A stretch of DNA of 63,587 bases, the filler included, from Reticulomyxa filosa (Eukaryota > Protista > Foraminifera), in assembly GCA_000512085.1 (NCBI GenBank). It is 21 parts of 21 records of this genome, joined end to end, with 100 filler letters (N's around TTAATTAATTAA, not from the genome) between each part and the next. Parts side by side here need not be neighbours in the genome. Positions count along the whole stretch, not along the records: positions 62,520 to 63,587 come from ASPP01027110.1; 20 more parts are not named here. One strand, given 5' to 3'. Below, piece after piece: positions 62,832 to 63,587 of the stretch. The first letter of the stretch is position 1; the number at the start of each line of letters is the position of its first letter. The notes beneath the pieces were generated by a model, which was not told where the DNA came from, did no database searches, and saw nothing but the letters and a program-made list of their open reading frames with translations. The translations under genes were made by a program, and so were the position numbers.

Positions 62832-63587
62832 CTTACTCAGTTTTTTTCTTTTAGTTCTTGGTTTCTTAAGTAGATGATGTAAAGGAATTAGTTCTAAAGT
62901 TTTTTTTTTGAGTTTTTTTGAACTGGTGGAGTTTTGTTGTGACCAACTCTAATTTTTTTTAGTACAAAAACCACACCATTTGAAAAAAAAAATCATTTAA
63001 AAGTTGTTTTTACTATTAAAATAAAAAAGATATTTATTCTAATTACTGAAATCGTATGAAAAAGTAGATAAAACATTTATTATTAAACATGAGACTTTAT
63101 TTGTAATATAACATATTTGTCCTTATTCAAACAGTTTGTTTTCTTACTTGGTCGTTTCCTACAAAAAGGGGATGACTTCAGGAATCTTCCATTCAAAGTT
63201 CACTTGCAAAAAAGGAGTAAAAGTAAATGAACTTGCTTTTAGTACAACCTTTAAGTACTTTTCTTGCTCATCATTTAAAAACTGAAAAAGGAAAAAGAAA
63301 AGCATAATTCAAGAGTGTCTCATGTGCAACTGATAAAATCAAAAAGGGTTAAATATTGTAGATTATGCCGGAAAATCAATTGCAGGAATTTTGTTGATTT
63401 TTTATCTTTTTTCTTTATGAATGGTACTTTTGAAAGTATCCAAATTAATATTAATATTCCTTATTGTAACATATTCCATGCAATAATTTTATTCTTTAAA
63501 AAAACAAAGGGAGATATTCAAGGATGTCTTAAAAAATTATAATAAGATGCAACAAAATGAAGATAAAATAAATAAAAATATTCAAAT

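Overview
This window is not one locus. It is 21 short contigs joined by 20 artificial 100-bp linkers (N-run + TTAATTAATTAA + N-run), so adjacency across a linker means nothing. About 18 contigs are AT-rich, intron-containing eukaryotic DNA. Their gene families (a large WD40 family with a GGNGYTICSGS signature, RING/TRAF-zinc-finger genes, Kelch genes, many pseudogenes) and A/T-tract introns strongly resemble the foraminiferan Reticulomyxa filosa; this assignment is recognition from memory, not a search result. Three contigs look bacterial: (i) 9743-11623, a PilZ-like gene converging with an M14 carboxypeptidase; (ii) 15742-17641, an AT-rich orphan gene next to an iteron-type plasmid origin; (iii) 24761-26560, a complete IS1182-family element inserted in the loop of a terminator hairpin. 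Main highlights: a modular, immune-like repertoire in the host, in which one Kelch propeller family is fused to either a caspase or SAM+U-box, and one RING/TRAF module is fused to either WD40 or a Gly-rich domain; hypervariable top-face residues in the WD40 paralogs; a Tc1/mariner TIR/MITE family at seven loci, one retaining a transposase remnant; a probable symbiont plasmid origin; and terminator targeting by IS1182. Exon boundaries were read by eye and are approximate.
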